45,187 nt of DNA from assembly GCA_043759365.1 (NCBI GenBank), contig JAYVNB010000097.1, forward strand, positions 1 through 45,187, in the 5' to 3' direction. The DNA comes from Bacteriovoracaceae bacterium. Lineage in GTDB: Bacteria > Bdellovibrionota > UBA1018. The stretch's first letter is position 1, and every line of letters starts with the position of its first letter. A program made the translations under genes and the position numbers. The notes under the pieces were generated by a model. The model was not told where the DNA came from and ran no database searches. It saw nothing but the letters and a program-made list of their open reading frames with translations. This document shows, piece after piece, positions 44,010 through 45,187 of the stretch.

Positions 44010-44687
44010 TCATTTTTCGTATTTGTACCCGACTCCGTAGATGGAGATGATGTGCTTGGTGAGCGGAGGGATTTTCCTCCTCAATGCGCGAATGTGGACG
44101 TCGATCGTGCGGTCGTTAGTGCCGGCCGATCCATCTCGCCAGACTTCCTTCAGGATCTCTTCGCGCGAAACGACAGCTCCGGCTTTCAGGGCCAGGCAGC
44201 GGAGGATGTCAAATTCCGTCAACGTGAGGTGGGTTTTCTTTCCGCTGAAAGTGGCTTCGCGATTGGCGGGATCGATGCGGAGATCCCCGATCTGGAGAGG
44301 TTGCGCAACCGAGTCAGCCGACTTCCGGAGTCTTGCGCGGATCCTCGCCACCAGTTCTTTGTAATCGAAAGGTTTGGCGATGTAGTCGTCGGCGCCGGTG
44401 GTGAGGCCTTGCGTGATGTCGGTCACGCTATTCTTGGCGGAGAGGAAGATGATCGGGATGTGCTTGGTCTTCTCGTCCTTTTTCAGCAGGCTGCAGGCGT
44501 CGTACCCGCTGAGGATCGGAAGCATGATGTCGAGCAAGATCAAATCCGGAGACTTGTTCCGGGCGTAGTCGATTCCGATCACGCCGTTTTCGGCGGTGAT
44601 GATATCGAACTCCTTGCCGAGCATCGCTTCCAGGAAACGGCGAGTCTCCGCATTGTCTTCGATGATCAGGATGCGAGGTCTTTCCAT
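44010..44687 (-). CDS. OmpR/PhoB-family response regulator
   Basis: Receiver domain (ILIIEDN, DLILLDIMLP phospho-Asp, SAK, DDYIAKPF) plus a winged-helix output (LTLTEFDILRCL, DRTIDVHIRALRRKI). Confidence 0.92.
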   Translation of the reverse strand: MERPRILIIEDNAETRRFLEAMLGKEFDIITAENGVIGIDYARNKSPDLILLDIMLPILSGYDACSLLKKDEKTKHIPIIFLSAKNSVTDITQGLTTGADDYIAKPFDYKELVARIRARLRKSADSVAQPLQIGDLRIDPANREATFSGKKTHLTLTEFDILRCLALKAGAVVSREEILKEVWRDGSAGTNDRTIDVHIRALRRKIPPLTKHIISIYGVGYKYEK

Positions 44688-44786
44688 GGCTACTTCAGTG
44701 TAGCAGGAGGATCTTCACAAAGTTAAGCGCATTCAGAGTGTGAAGGGGCGGAGGGGTGACCTGGGCTGGGAGAAGTGTCAGGATCC

Positions 44787-45187
44787 TTACGCGGCTTTGC
44801 GGCGTTGAGCCGCGGAGATGAACTCCTCGGTGATCTCTTCTTCAAGGCGTCCCCATTGGGGATGCGCTTTCAGGAAGATCTCCACCAAGTGAGGGTCGAA
44901 CTGCCGGCCTGCGAAGGTTCGGAGCTCCTTGTACGCGATATCGAAACTCAGCCCCTTCCGGTAGGGACGGGTCGTGGTCATCGCATCGAAAGTGTCTGAA
45001 ATGAGGATGATTCGCGCAGTCAGGGGGATCTGCTCTCCGAAGACTCCGTCGGGGTAACCCGCTCCATCCATGCGCTCATGGTGGTGGCGAACGCCGGGCA
45101 TAACCGCCTTGAAAAACGGAATATGGGTGAGAGGTTGGATGATTTCGGCGCTTTTGATGGGATGGGCGCGCATGACGGCTTCTTCTT
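44787..45187 (-). CDS. HD-GYP domain protein (c-di-GMP phosphodiesterase family), 5'-partial
   Basis: HHERMDGAGYPDG and FDAMTTTRPYRK motifs. The frame stays open to the window end, so the listed Met at 45173 is probably internal. Confidence 0.85.
   Translation of the reverse strand, partial: EEAVMRAHPIKSAEIIQPLTHIPFFKAVMPGVRHHHERMDGAGYPDGVFGEQIPLTARIILISDTFDAMTTTRPYRKGLSFDIAYKELRTFAGRQFDPHLVEIFLKAHPQWGRLEEEITEEFISAAQRRKAA

Noticed and set aside
43911-44726. 271-aa plus-strand ORF
   Set aside because: It is antisense to the response regulator, whose receiver and winged-helix motifs are complete on the minus strand.
1-45187. Search for mobile elements, defence islands, toxin-antitoxin pairs and prophage remnants
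   Set aside because: I saw no integrase, transposase or recombinase motifs, no terminal inverted repeats, no tRNA attachment sites and no obvious compositional break. The gene content is overwhelmingly conserved housekeeping and envelope functions.

Overview
This window is a moderately GC-rich core-genome segment of a diderm (Gram-negative) bacterium. About 45 genes are tightly packed, mostly on the + strand. I found no rRNA, tRNA, CRISPR array, transposase, integrase or recognisable defence genes. The centre (6.3-20.5 kb) is a classical outer-membrane/LPS biogenesis supercluster: lolC/E-lolD, bamA, skp, lpxD-fabZ-lpxA-lpxB-lpxK, a late acyltransferase, a DUF3108-like protein, a GT9 heptosyltransferase and a GT4 glycosyltransferase. 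Many of these junctions have overlapping stop and start codons. Flanking housekeeping genes are mce, a rhomboid protease, trxB, lysS, rpsA, tldD/pmbA, sppA, rsmB and ssb. A cell-wall related run (Ppm1-like GT2, L,D-transpeptidase, FAD oxidoreductase plus methyltransferase, serine hydrolase, mpl) follows. The right end is a signalling patch: a eukaryote-like Ser/Thr kinase with PEGA-like ectodomain, an OmpR-type response regulator and a partial HD-GYP gene. The least ordinary part is the left edge. A perfect 15-bp tandem array encodes (GGGNF)n/(GGGSF)n in a Gly/Gln/aromatic low-complexity protein. Directly downstream lies a translationally coupled pair: a membrane-anchored protein and an HTTM (vitamin-K-carboxylase-like) polytopic membrane protein. 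I flag this as a possible SdpAB-like peptide maturation/export module. Other points worth a second look are a candidate ~100-nt sRNA in a 494-bp convergent gap, a two-frame M48-like gene with a degenerate HExxH, and a 100-nt polypyrimidine tract with a C9 run. All family assignments come from motifs read by eye. No database search was run.
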